Shown: piece after piece, positions 1 through 8,626 of the stretch
How positions within the stretch are numbered: position 1 is the first letter of the stretch
Layout: every line of letters begins with the position of its first letter
Source of the DNA: Psychrobacter cryohalolentis K5
Lineage (GTDB): Bacteria; Pseudomonadota; Gammaproteobacteria; Pseudomonadales; Moraxellaceae
NCBI RefSeq assembly: GCF_000013905.1
Contig: NC_007969.1
Span: 2,370,001-2,402,000, forward strand
Direction of reading: 5' to 3'
DNA: 32,000 nucleotides
Program-made: the position numbers and the translations under genes
The notes under the pieces: model-generated
What the model saw: only the letters and a program-made list of their open reading frames with translations
What the model was told of the DNA's origin: nothing
Database searches by the model: none

Positions 1-250
1 TCAACATATCGATATGAATGACTTATTTTCCGCTCAACCAACTGGTGCTTATTACTACTACAAAGGCTGGAACATCCGTGCGCTTATCGCCTTTGCAATC
101 GGCGCTTTATTCTCTATCGCCACGGTATTGATACCCGCACTGACTAAGCTTGAAGGTTATGGTTTCTTATTAGGCGCGGCAATAGGTGGCATCGTGTATT
201 GGGTATTGATGCGCCCTTATGCAGTAGATCCTGACACCATAGTAGAATAA
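1..250 (+). CDS. NCS1-family permease (allantoin/uracil/cytosine type), 3' fragment running off the left edge
   Basis: The frame of the 14..250 ORF stays open back to nt 2. The hydrophobic C-terminal segments (YYYKGWNIRALIAFAIGALFSIATVLIP, GAAIGGIVYWVL) resemble NCS1 C-termini. It lies directly upstream of the allantoin genes. Confidence 0.55.
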   Translation, partial: QHIDMNDLFSAQPTGAYYYYKGWNIRALIAFAIGALFSIATVLIPALTKLEGYGFLLGAAIGGIVYWVLMRPYAVDPDTIVE

Positions 251-310
251 GGCAGTGAAGTCAGAAAGATGAAGTGCAATAGTAGAATAAAAAATAGTTA
301 TTACATTTCT

Positions 311-324
311 AATAGATCTATTAC
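311..324. promoter_or_regulatory. Palindromic box AATAGATCTATTAC (core ATAGATCTAT) 30 nt upstream of puuE; candidate operator
   Basis: Perfect 10-bp palindrome at 312-321. A near-identical copy (13/14) lies at 1486-1499 upstream of allA. Confidence 0.4.
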
Positions 325-350
325 TCTGTTTTTATAAAGGATAAAACACC

Positions 351-1331
351 ATGAAAAAAAAGATAACCAGCGACTTTGATCAAGCCGCTTATCCACGCGA
401 TTTAAAAGGCTATGGCGACCATCCACCCAAAGCCAATTGGCCGGGCGGCGCTAAGATTGCCGTACAGTTTGTGCTAAATATCGAAGAAGGCGCAGAGAAC
501 AGTGTCTTGCATGGCGACGGTCAGTCAGAACGTTTTTTATCAGATGTTTTAGGTACGCCAGAATTTAACAACCGCCATCAGTCGATTGAGTCAGCCTTTG
601 AATATGGTAGCCGAGTGGGTGTTTGGCGCGTACTAGATACTTTTAAAGAATATGGTTTACCTATTACTACCTTTACTTGTGCAGCCGCTGCCGAAAAAAC
701 ACCGCATATTGTCGAGCGCATTCTAGAAGATGGTCATGAAATTGCCAGTCACGGACTGCGCTGGATAACCTATCAATATATGTACCGCGAGACCGAGCGT
801 GAACATGTACGCCGCGCTACTGAAATATTTGAGCGTATGGTTGGCAATCAGCCTCTTGGCTGGTATACCGGTCGCGATAGCCCAAATACTCGCGAGCTGG
901 TCGCAGAACAAGGCGGCTACATTTATGACTCTGACTCTTATGCTGATGAGCTGCCGTACTGGCTCAATGTTAAAGTAGAAGAAGGCAACAAAATTGCTCG
1001 CAAACCGCATCTGGTCATTCCTTATACGCTTGAGACCAATGACATGCGTTTTTCTTCAAGTCCTGGGTTCACCAATGCTGAACCTTTTTATCAATACTTA
1101 AAAGACAGCTTTGACACTCTATATGAAGAAGGTCAAGACACTCCCAAGATGCTAACCATTGGTTTGCATTGCCGCATCATTGGTCGTGCTGGTCGCATTA
1201 AAGCGCTTAAACAGTTTTTGCAATACATCACCAGTAAACCCGACGTTTGGATCTGCCGCCGCGATGAAATCGCCAAGCACTGGTATGAAAATCATCCAGC
1301 CACGGCTGATAACACCGCCAACTGGATGTAG
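351..1331 (+). CDS. puuE: Allantoinase PuuE (polysaccharide deacetylase-fold, metal-independent allantoinase)
   Basis: 326 aa. Polysaccharide-deacetylase-like motifs (EEGAEN, ASHGLRW, LTIGLHCRIIGRAGR). AAGGA RBS 9 nt upstream. Context with allA and ureidoglycine aminohydrolase. Confidence 0.8.
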   Translation: MKKKITSDFDQAAYPRDLKGYGDHPPKANWPGGAKIAVQFVLNIEEGAENSVLHGDGQSERFLSDVLGTPEFNNRHQSIESAFEYGSRVGVWRVLDTFKEYGLPITTFTCAAAAEKTPHIVERILEDGHEIASHGLRWITYQYMYRETEREHVRRATEIFERMVGNQPLGWYTGRDSPNTRELVAEQGGYIYDSDSYADELPYWLNVKVEEGNKIARKPHLVIPYTLETNDMRFSSSPGFTNAEPFYQYLKDSFDTLYEEGQDTPKMLTIGLHCRIIGRAGRIKALKQFLQYITSKPDVWICRRDEIAKHWYENHPATADNTANWM

Positions 1332-1485
1332 CCGTAACAACAATCATAAGACGTATCATCATATTAATAAGCATGTACGTAGTAGCAACCACTTAAGCTA
1401 ACGGATGATACGCTTGAGGTGGTTAATACCTGAGTGCTGTAATTGCTTAAAAATGACATCTTATGTCCGGTATTTTCTTATCTCA

Positions 1486-1499
1486 AATAGATCTATCAC
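1486..1499. promoter_or_regulatory. Second copy of the palindromic box (AATAGATCTATCAC), 60 nt upstream of allA
   Basis: 13/14 identity with 311-324. Same perfect ATAGATCTAT core at 1487-1496. Confidence 0.4.
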
Positions 1500-1555
1500 T
1501 TAATAAGTTGCTAGAACAAATAAATAATATTGTTAATTAATCTAAAGGTGAACTT

Positions 1556-2098
1556 ATGAAAACTACAATCATTGCTAAACCTTTAACTAAAGCTGCTTTT
1601 GCTCCTTACGGCTCAGTAATCGAGCCTTATGATGATCAAGAAAAGTGTCCTGAAAACAGCTGGGATATCAATCGTGGCTTTGCCTGTCGTCATAATGCCA
1701 TCTCAAAAGTCACTCATGATGGCGGAGAAGTCGGTTTTAGTATTTTCCGTACTAAAAGACGTGACTGCCCTATTACGTTATCGGTGATGGAATACCATCC
1801 ATTTGGCACGCAAGCGTTCTTTTCTATGAATGGCACAGACTATATAGTCGTTGTGGCAAAAGCTGGCGATGCGCCTAAATCAGCTGATGATTTAGAAGTG
1901 TTTTATGCTCATTCGCATCAAGGTGTACAGTATGATGCCAATGTTTGGCATCATCCGCTACTGGCGCTAAAAGCGGATTGTGACTTTTTAGTGATTGATC
2001 GTATCAACGGCGAAGGTAACAATTGCCATGAATTCGAGATTGATGATTGGGAAGTTTGCATTGATATATCTGCTGAGCAGGCTAAAAATCAGGCCTAA
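1556..2098 (+). CDS. allA: Ureidoglycolate lyase (ureidoglycolate hydrolase family)
   Basis: 180 aa. The N-terminus ([15 protein letters not shown]), [11 protein letters not shown] and WHHPLLAL are typical of AllA. AAGGTGA RBS. Confidence 0.85.
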   Translation: MKTTIIAKPLTKAAFAPYGSVIEPYDDQEKCPENSWDINRGFACRHNAISKVTHDGGEVGFSIFRTKRRDCPITLSVMEYHPFGTQAFFSMNGTDYIVVVAKAGDAPKSADDLEVFYAHSHQGVQYDANVWHHPLLALKADCDFLVIDRINGEGNNCHEFEIDDWEVCIDISAEQAKNQA

Positions 2099-2212
2099 TG
2101 GCTATCGTCAACTGACGAAGAATTATGCTAATGTCAGAGCATTAATCATATAAAAAATCAAAGGTTCAGACACAAATTTATCGCGGCACCAAACCCCTAA
2201 GGAACACGAACC

Positions 2213-3049
2213 ATGACAACAAAAAGTACTTATTACGCACCAACTGGCGGATTGCCTCCACAAACACAATTACTATCCGATCGTGCTATCTTCACCGAAG
2301 CTTATGCGATTATTCCTAAACGTGTACTAACCGACATCGTGATTAGTTATTTACCTTTTTGGACAGGCATGCGGATGTGGGTGCTTGCACGTCCTTTAAG
2401 CGGTTTCTCTGAAACCTTCTCACAGTATATCGTCGAAGTAGCACCAAATGGCGGCTCAGAAAAGCCTGAGCTAGATGCAAATGCCGAAGGCGTCGTATTC
2501 ATCGTTGAAGGTGAAATGGACATGACGATTGAAGGCGTGTCGCATCATCTTGAATCAGGTGGTTATGCATTTTTACCACCTGGCTGCAAATGGACGCTAA
2601 AGAACAATAGCGACAAGCACGTTAAATTCCATTGGATCCGTAAAGCCTATCAACACTGTGAAGGTATTGATGTGCCTGAAGCGTTTGTAACTAGCGATCA
2701 CGATGTTGAAGCTATTGAGATGCCGGGTACTGATGGCGTATGGACAACCACTCGATTTACCGAGCAGTCTGATATGCGTCACGACATGCATGTGAATATC
2801 GTGACGTTTCAACCAGGTGGCGTGATTCCATTTGATGAAACGCATGTTATGGAACATGGTTTGTATGTATTAGAAGGTAAAGCCGTCTATCACTTAAACG
2901 GTGAATGGGTAGAAGTTGAAGCAGGTGACTTTATGTGGTTACGCGCATTCTGCCCACAATCTTGTTACGCTGGCGGACCGGGTCCATTTAGATACTTACT
3001 ATATAAAGATGTGAATAGACATATGCCGTTTATTCGTCCAGTAAAATAA
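2213..3049 (+). CDS. allE: (S)-ureidoglycine aminohydrolase (bicupin, AllE/YlbA family)
   Basis: 278 aa with two cupin halves. By eye it is collinear with E. coli YlbA (FIVEGEM..GGYAFLPPG; ETHVMEHGLYVLEGKAVYHLNGEWVEVEAGDFMW; YLLYKDVNR). AAGGAA RBS. Confidence 0.8.
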   Translation: MTTKSTYYAPTGGLPPQTQLLSDRAIFTEAYAIIPKRVLTDIVISYLPFWTGMRMWVLARPLSGFSETFSQYIVEVAPNGGSEKPELDANAEGVVFIVEGEMDMTIEGVSHHLESGGYAFLPPGCKWTLKNNSDKHVKFHWIRKAYQHCEGIDVPEAFVTSDHDVEAIEMPGTDGVWTTTRFTEQSDMRHDMHVNIVTFQPGGVIPFDETHVMEHGLYVLEGKAVYHLNGEWVEVEAGDFMWLRAFCPQSCYAGGPGPFRYLLYKDVNRHMPFIRPVK

Positions 3050-3125
3050 GCAATATAAAGGCATAGTCGTTCATTCGAATCTATCATTCATTGTTCTTTC
3101 GAACACCAGCAAAATTTTTAATAGT

Positions 3126-3166
3126 AAAGCCAGCTCATTACGATTAGCTGGCTTTTTATTTTTATG
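3126..3166 (+). terminator. Rho-independent terminator after allE
   Basis: AAAGCCAGCT (3126-3135) pairs perfectly with AGCTGGCTTT (3146-3155) and is followed by a T-run. Confidence 0.7.
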
Positions 3167-3228
3167 CTGAAGTTCATATTTTTGAACAATGCTTTAATCA
3201 AGCAATGCTAAAACATTCATCACTTTAC

Positions 3229-3260
3229 TTGTTTTTTATGTACTACTGTACTAGAATACT
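3229..3260 (+). promoter_or_regulatory. Putative sigma70 promoter (TTGTTT-17 nt-TAGAAT) overlapped by TrpR-type half-sites
   Basis: GTACT (3240), GTACT (3248) and ATACT (3256) are phased at 8 bp. 3248-3254 is GTACTAG, the canonical E. coli trp operator half-site. It overlaps the -10-like TAGAAT at 3252-3257, 46 nt upstream of trpR. Confidence 0.45.
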
Positions 3261-3305
3261 GAAACAAGATAGCCACTTACCTCTTTTTTATTAAGATTAA
3301 ATATT

Positions 3306-3581
3306 ATGAGCACTGACCCTTATCGTAGCTTGTTGACGCATTTAGCCCATTGCAATGACAGTAATGATATCGATGAGCTATTAACAGCGCTACTAACGAC
3401 TAAAGAGCAACACGAGATTGCCAATCGTATCTGTATTTTTGATTTGCTCGAGCGTGGCATCACCCAGCGTGACATCTCCGAACAGTTGGGCGTTGGCATC
3501 GCAACGGTCTCTCGCGGCGCCAAAGCCATGCAAATTCACGATGTAAGCGCACTGCTAGCCACCCACAGACAAGACAATTAA
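3306..3581 (+). CDS. trpR: Trp operon repressor family protein
   Basis: 91 aa. The motif TQRDISEQLGVGIATVSRGAKAM matches the TrpR HTH (E. coli: [24 protein letters not shown]). The preceding LLTTKEQHEIANRICI matches LLLTPDEREALGTRVRI. Confidence 0.8.
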   Translation: MSTDPYRSLLTHLAHCNDSNDIDELLTALLTTKEQHEIANRICIFDLLERGITQRDISEQLGVGIATVSRGAKAMQIHDVSALLATHRQDN

Positions 3582-3630
3582 CGCCAAGAATGTTAGCTGA
3601 ATTTATTTTATAAGACCTATTTGAATTACT

Positions 3631-5061
3631 TTGGACCTCATTATGACCTCTCCTACACTACAATATGACCAGCCTGCTACTATTGATATTCCAAGCAAGC
3701 CGCAGCGGATAAAGCTGACGCAAGATATTGATTTTTTCGCGTTATTTAAACGTATTGAACGGGTTTTCGATACCTGTTATTTGCTCGAATCCTTGGGTGA
3801 AGACAGCCATATGTCACGTCACCATGCCATTGGTTTTGATCCGGTGATGACCATTGCAGCCATCGACCGCACAACGCTTGCTATTACCGATAATAAAACC
3901 GCTGAAACCAAACATTATCAGACTGACAATCCTTATCAGCTTCTACGTACTATTACTCCGCAGCACGTCATCGCCCGTGAGCAAAGTGGCGGTCTTGTCG
4001 GCTATCTAGGCTACGACTGTGTCAATTTCTTTGAGCCAAGTCTAAATGCCAAGCCAAGCGATGATTTTGAACCTTTCAAATTTGGTGTCTATCTAGATGG
4101 CTTGACGCTCGATAAAATGACTGGTGAAATTTTCTACTTTTACTATCCTACCGCTCAGCAAGACAATCGCATCGAGCAAATCAAAGCCTTACTTGATGTA
4201 CCTATCCCAAGCTATAAACCGCCCACCGTAGAGTTTTTAGGTGATGGTATGAGTCAAGAAGAGCATGCTAAAGTCGTCATGCAAGTCAAAGAAGACATCA
4301 TCTCTGGGCGTATTTTTCAATGTGAAGTCGGCTTTAAATCCAAATATCGTATTGCGGGCGATAAGATGCCAATTTATGAAAAGCTACGTGCGGTCAATCC
4401 ATCACCGCATATGTATTTTATGAAATTTGCTCAGCAATGCATCATCGGTGCCTCACCTGAATTGCTATTTCGCTTGCGTCAGGGCGAGATGGAGACCTAT
4501 CCGCTCGCAGGTACAGCCAAGCGCGGTGTTGATGTTGCCGAAGATCGCAAACTTGCGCGTGCCCTGCTGAATGACGCAAAAGAGATTGCCGAGCACAATA
4601 TGCTAGTCGATCTGCATCGCAATGATATCGGACGCGTCGCACAATTTGGTACGGTAAAAGTGCGTAATCTGATGGATATCAAACGCTTCTCACACGTACA
4701 GCATATCTCCTCTGAAATCGTCGGTATTCTGCATCCTGATGAGGATATGTTTAGCGCACTTGCCAGCAACTTCCCTGCTGGCACATTGTCAGGCGCACCA
4801 AAAGTTGAAGCGATAAAAGTGATTAATGAGCTTGAACCAGATGGTCGTGGTGCTTATGGCGGCGCATTAGGATCCTTTAACTTTAACGGCGATTGTATTT
4901 TTGCCATTCCTATTCGCAGCTTATTTATCAATGGTGAATCGGCCTATGCACAGACTTGTGGCGGCAATGTGTACGACTCCAATCCTGCTGATGAATATCT
5001 AGAAATCCAGCGTAAGCTTTCTGCTATGAAAGTGGTACTAGACAGCTTTATGAACCCATAA
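3631..5061 (+). CDS. trpE: Anthranilate synthase component I (chorismate-binding enzyme; TrpE-like, PabB not fully excluded)
   Basis: LLES motif, PLAGTAKRG (Ala, not the PabB Lys), NMLVDLHRND, FPAGTLSGAPK, RGAYGGALG. The track start at 3631 is TTG. The ATG at 3643 is an equally plausible start. Neither has a good SD. Confidence 0.75.
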   Translation: MDLIMTSPTLQYDQPATIDIPSKPQRIKLTQDIDFFALFKRIERVFDTCYLLESLGEDSHMSRHHAIGFDPVMTIAAIDRTTLAITDNKTAETKHYQTDNPYQLLRTITPQHVIAREQSGGLVGYLGYDCVNFFEPSLNAKPSDDFEPFKFGVYLDGLTLDKMTGEIFYFYYPTAQQDNRIEQIKALLDVPIPSYKPPTVEFLGDGMSQEEHAKVVMQVKEDIISGRIFQCEVGFKSKYRIAGDKMPIYEKLRAVNPSPHMYFMKFAQQCIIGASPELLFRLRQGEMETYPLAGTAKRGVDVAEDRKLARALLNDAKEIAEHNMLVDLHRNDIGRVAQFGTVKVRNLMDIKRFSHVQHISSEIVGILHPDEDMFSALASNFPAGTLSGAPKVEAIKVINELEPDGRGAYGGALGSFNFNGDCIFAIPIRSLFINGESAYAQTCGGNVYDSNPADEYLEIQRKLSAMKVVLDSFMNP

Positions 5062-5093
5062 CCACATATAATTTATCAAAGAGTTGGCCACCC

Positions 5094-5741
5094 ATGAATG
5101 TTTTAATTATCGATAATTACGACTCATTTACTTTCAACCTTTACCAGTATATCGGTGAGATCTTGCAGACGATGGACAGTGATAAACAAGCAAATGTCAT
5201 CGTCAAGCGTAATAATGAAATCACCTTAGCAGACGTACAAGCGATGAGTCTTGACCGTATTATTATCTCACCCGGTCCTGGGTCACCTGATGATCCTGCC
5301 TATTTTGGCATTTGTGCCGAAGTGATTGAAGTGATGGGCAAAACGACGCCACTATTAGGCGTTTGCTTAGGCATGCAGGGCATTGCTCATGTATTTGGCG
5401 GTGATGTGATACGCGCCAGTGTGCCGATGCATGGCAAGGTTTCAGCCATTCGTCATGATGGTGCGGGCATTTATAATGATTTGCCGCAGCATTTAGAAAT
5501 CATGCGCTATCATTCATTGATGGTACAAGCAGACACGCTACCGGATTGTTTGACTGTCACAGCAGTCGTCGCCAATGATGAACATAATGATTTAGAGTTG
5601 ACTGAATCGGCGCTGGCTGGTGATGAGATAATGGGTGTGCAGCACAAAGACTATCCGATTCAAGGCGTGCAGTTTCACCCAGAGTCATTTGCGACCGAAG
5701 GTGCCAAGCGTTTATTGACGAATTTTTTACTTCAGGTGTAA
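5094..5741 (+). CDS. trpG: Anthranilate synthase component II / aminodeoxychorismate synthase glutamine amidotransferase subunit
   Basis: Class I GATase. N-terminus MNVLIIDNYDSFTFNLYQY, nucleophile elbow LGVCLGMQ, and C-terminal VQFHPES. Confidence 0.85.
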   Translation: MNVLIIDNYDSFTFNLYQYIGEILQTMDSDKQANVIVKRNNEITLADVQAMSLDRIIISPGPGSPDDPAYFGICAEVIEVMGKTTPLLGVCLGMQGIAHVFGGDVIRASVPMHGKVSAIRHDGAGIYNDLPQHLEIMRYHSLMVQADTLPDCLTVTAVVANDEHNDLELTESALAGDEIMGVQHKDYPIQGVQFHPESFATEGAKRLLTNFLLQV

Positions 5742-5894
5742 ATCACGATGCTTAAGATGGTTTGGAGGATATGACGCTAAAGAGTAATAAGCTGAAGTGA
5801 AGCCTGCATCTAACTCAAATAAATTGCATTTTATGTCTAACTGACTTGTGTTAGTACTTAATTAACGCTTTAATGATAGACCGAAAAAACAAAC

Positions 5895-5930
5895 AAAAGG
5901 CAGCCTTTAATCAGGTTGTCTTTTGTTATT
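5895..5930 (+). terminator. Probable rho-independent terminator after trpG
   Basis: AAAGGCAGCCU pairs with AGGUUGUCUUU (two G-U pairs), loop UUAAUC, followed by a T-rich tail. Confidence 0.5.
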
Positions 5931-6012
5931 TCAGCATATTATTAAGTAATGAGCCAAAAAGCTTGGACCGCTTATTCTTTGAACTTGGTAACAAATAAAA
6001 ATAGAGAGCGAT

Positions 6013-6960
6013 ATGGCACATACCGATAGCGCAACGTCAGCACGGCAGTCATGGATAGGCACCATTCAAATCATTACAGCCGCTGTCTGCTGGGGTACTT
6101 TAGGGATATTCTCAACCTATCTCAACCAAAATGGCTTTAGTGGCTGGCAAACGACCATTTTACGTATCGTGACCGCCGCTCTTATTATCCTCGTTATGCT
6201 GCCAAAACTATGGCCACAGCTAATAAAGTTGCGTCCAAAACAGTGGCTCGGACTGGCACTACAGTCGTTGATTGGTGTACTCGGCATGTCGGTTTGCTAT
6301 TTTTTTGCCGTTATCTATGTCGGTGCTGGTCCTGCCGTCGCCTTGCTATATACTGCGCCCGTTTTTAGCTTATTATTTTCAGCATTTTTGCTTAATGAAT
6401 CCATTACTCGGCAGTCAGCCCTACTGGCACTCATGGCAGTATTTGGTGTCGGCTTGACGATGTTAGGTGAGCAGGCGCAAGTCAACTGGGGTATTGCATT
6501 AGGTTTATTATCAGGCATATGTTATTCCCTATATGGGGTATTGGGTAAGCGCGCTATGCATGATGCGCACCCTGCTCCTTTAGTATTTTTTACCTCTATT
6601 ATCATCAGTGCTGGCATACTGCTACTACTACCTGAAACCTATAAAACTTATGGACAATTACTAACCTTACCCTTATCTACTTGGGGCTATGCATTAGGAT
6701 TGTCTTTGATTGGAACCGTCGTACCCTTTGCACTTTATATGAAGGCATTAGAGAAGCTACCTGCCACCCGTGCATCAGTGTTTACTATCTTTGAGCCTCT
6801 AACCGCGATTGCTTTGGCAACGCTATTACTGCATCAATCATTATCTTGGATTCAATATGTCGGCGTCATACTCATTCTGCTAGCAGCTTTATTTAATGCT
6901 GTACTAAATGGTACTACTACTCGCGTACCACGTTGGCTAAAAAGACGGCAAAGGATTTAG
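6013..6960 (+). CDS. EamA/DMT-family transporter (10-TM drug/metabolite transporter)
   Basis: 315 aa, strongly hydrophobic, with two internally repeated EamA-like halves and a basic C-terminal tail. GAGAG RBS. Confidence 0.8.
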   Translation: MAHTDSATSARQSWIGTIQIITAAVCWGTLGIFSTYLNQNGFSGWQTTILRIVTAALIILVMLPKLWPQLIKLRPKQWLGLALQSLIGVLGMSVCYFFAVIYVGAGPAVALLYTAPVFSLLFSAFLLNESITRQSALLALMAVFGVGLTMLGEQAQVNWGIALGLLSGICYSLYGVLGKRAMHDAHPAPLVFFTSIIISAGILLLLPETYKTYGQLLTLPLSTWGYALGLSLIGTVVPFALYMKALEKLPATRASVFTIFEPLTAIALATLLLHQSLSWIQYVGVILILLAALFNAVLNGTTTRVPRWLKRRQRI

Positions 6961-7011
6961 TCGATATCCTATAATCACTTTTAATAGCCTTAGGTTCTTT
7001 TCTGTTGAATC

Positions 7012-7052
7012 AAAAAAAAGCCCCTACTATGAATATAGTTGGGGCTTTTTAT
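7012..7052. terminator. Bidirectional rho-independent terminator between the convergent DMT gene and the ABC ATPase gene
   Basis: AAAAAAAAGCCCCTACTAT / ATAGTTGGGGCTTTTT hairpin with an A-run on one side and a T-run on the other. Confidence 0.75.
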
Positions 7053-7071
7053 TTAGCATCTTTCAAGCTTA

Positions 7072-7815
7072 TTACTGTTCAATACGCTGTAAAAACGCTT
7101 GCGTACGCGGATGCTTAGAATCCTCGAATAACTGCTTAGCACTGCCCTCTTCGACAATTTTACCATCTTCAATCAAAACCACATGATCAGCGACATCACG
7201 GGCAAAATTTATTTCATGAGTAACAACAACCATCGTCCAACCTTCTGATGCCAGCTGTTTCATGGTTTCAAGCACATCTTGTACTAGCTCAGGATCAAGC
7301 GCAGACGTTGGCTCATCGAATAGTAGTAAAGACGGCTCAATCGCCAATGCACGAGCAATACCAATACGCTGCTGCTGACCGCCCGATAGCTGAAACGGAT
7401 AGAGATCTGCCTTATCAGACAAACCCACTTTATCGAGTAATGCTAATGCCTGCTCACGTGCTTGCGCTTTACTTTGCCCTTGTACCACCGTAGGTCCAAG
7501 CATTAAGTTTTCGATGGCTGTCTTATGTGGAAACAAGTTATAAGATTGAAACACCATACCTGACTTACGTTGTAGTGCCAGTAAGGTTTTTTTCTTAGGT
7601 TTAGTGGCAAAATCAACCGTCAGGCTGCCATCATCAAAAGCGATGATACCTTGATCTGGAATTTCAAGCGCATTCAAACACCGCAAAAACGTCGTCTTAC
7701 CAGAACCTGATGGTCCTAATATGACCACCACTTTGCCCTTTTCGATGGTCAAGTCGATACCTTTAAGCACTTGATTGCTCCCAAAGGCTTTATGAATATT
7801 GGTGACTTGAATCAT
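7072..7815 (-). CDS. Polar amino-acid ABC transporter ATP-binding protein (GlnQ/TcyC/YecC-like)
   Basis: Walker A GPSGSGKTT, signature LSGGQQQR, Walker B LLLFDEPTSALD, H-loop VTHE. Confidence 0.9.
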   Translation of the reverse strand: MIQVTNIHKAFGSNQVLKGIDLTIEKGKVVVILGPSGSGKTTFLRCLNALEIPDQGIIAFDDGSLTVDFATKPKKKTLLALQRKSGMVFQSYNLFPHKTAIENLMLGPTVVQGQSKAQAREQALALLDKVGLSDKADLYPFQLSGGQQQRIGIARALAIEPSLLLFDEPTSALDPELVQDVLETMKQLASEGWTMVVVTHEINFARDVADHVVLIEDGKIVEEGSAKQLFEDSKHPRTQAFLQRIEQ

Positions 7816-7888
7816 AAGACGTCCACTTGCAAATTAAAAAACACATGGGTTAAAGGGGCGAGAAATATATCATGGGTTGATAGCGATA

Positions 7889-8626
7889 TTATTTGGCAAC
7901 ATAACGATCAAGACGCGTTTCAAGCCTACCTTGGATAAAGGTCAAAAACAGACAAATACCCCAATAGATAACGGCCGCTTCGATATAGACCAACATAAAC
8001 TCATAGTTACGCGCGGTGATAATCTGTGCTTGTTTAAACAGCTCAGTCACCAATACGAGCGATGCTAGCGAAGTATCTTTTACCAGACTGATAAAGGTAT
8101 TAGATAGCGGCGGTACGGATACGCGTAGTGCCTGCGGCAAAATAACATGACGAAAGGTCTGCAAATACGTCAAGCCGACAGTCGAACCAGCTTCCCACTG
8201 TCCTTTTGGAATAGACAAAATGGATGCGCGCACCGTCTCTGACGCATAAGCACCAATATTGAGCGAAAAAGCGATGATCGCTGACGGAAAAGGATCAAGC
8301 TTGACCCCAACACTCGGTAACCCATAAAAGATAATAAATAGCTGTACTAGCATCGGCGTGCCGCGAATGGCAGACACATAGATGCGAGCAAGTCTATAGA
8401 CAATCTCATGAACCCAACCAGCACGCGGCACGATACGAATCAGTGCCACGGTCAGCGCAATTGCCATACCGATCGCAAACGATATCAATGCCAGCGGTAT
8501 CGAATAATAGATACCGCCTTTAAGCATCGGCCAAAAAGACGAGATAACAATCTGCGCCCGATCAGGACTCATAAACGGCAATAATGCCAATAAATCTGCT
8601 AACACTGACGTTATAGAAGCTAGCAT
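7889..8626 (-). CDS. Polar amino-acid ABC transporter permease (His/Glu/Gln/Arg/opine family)
   Basis: 245 aa membrane protein with the EAA-type loop ([21 protein letters not shown]). Its ATG overlaps the stop of the upstream binding-protein gene by 1 nt (TAATG). Confidence 0.9.
   Translation of the reverse strand: MLASITSVLADLLALLPFMSPDRAQIVISSFWPMLKGGIYYSIPLALISFAIGMAIALTVALIRIVPRAGWVHEIVYRLARIYVSAIRGTPMLVQLFIIFYGLPSVGVKLDPFPSAIIAFSLNIGAYASETVRASILSIPKGQWEAGSTVGLTYLQTFRHVILPQALRVSVPPLSNTFISLVKDTSLASLVLVTELFKQAQIITARNYEFMLVYIEAAVIYWGICLFLTFIQGRLETRLDRYVAK

Noticed and set aside
239-290. 12-bp direct repeat ATAGTAGAATAA at 239-250 (overlapping the permease stop) and 279-290.
   Set aside because: It is short, AT-rich and in AT-rich intergenic DNA. 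It has no associated symmetry or positional logic relative to the puuE promoter, and the better-supported palindromic box lies just downstream.
723-1010. 95-aa minus-strand ORF inside puuE. Similar antisense ORFs in the track include 1152-1343, 2597-2857, 3320-3529, 4497-4784, 6315-6518, 14972-15325, 16218-16472, 23026-23334, 26044-26340, 27382-27603 and 29354-29689.
   Set aside because: Each lies entirely within, and antisense or out of frame to, a CDS with strong family motifs. Their translations are low-complexity or Cys/Arg/Ser-rich, they have no RBS, and they have no recognisable motifs. They are typical shadow ORFs.
5748-5774. Mini-ORF MLKMVWRI containing a Trp codon right after trpG, considered as a possible trp leader peptide.
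   Set aside because: It lies downstream of the operon rather than upstream, has a single Trp codon, and has no alternative terminator/antiterminator structure around it. The mini-ORF upstream of trpE (MLAEFIL) has no Trp.
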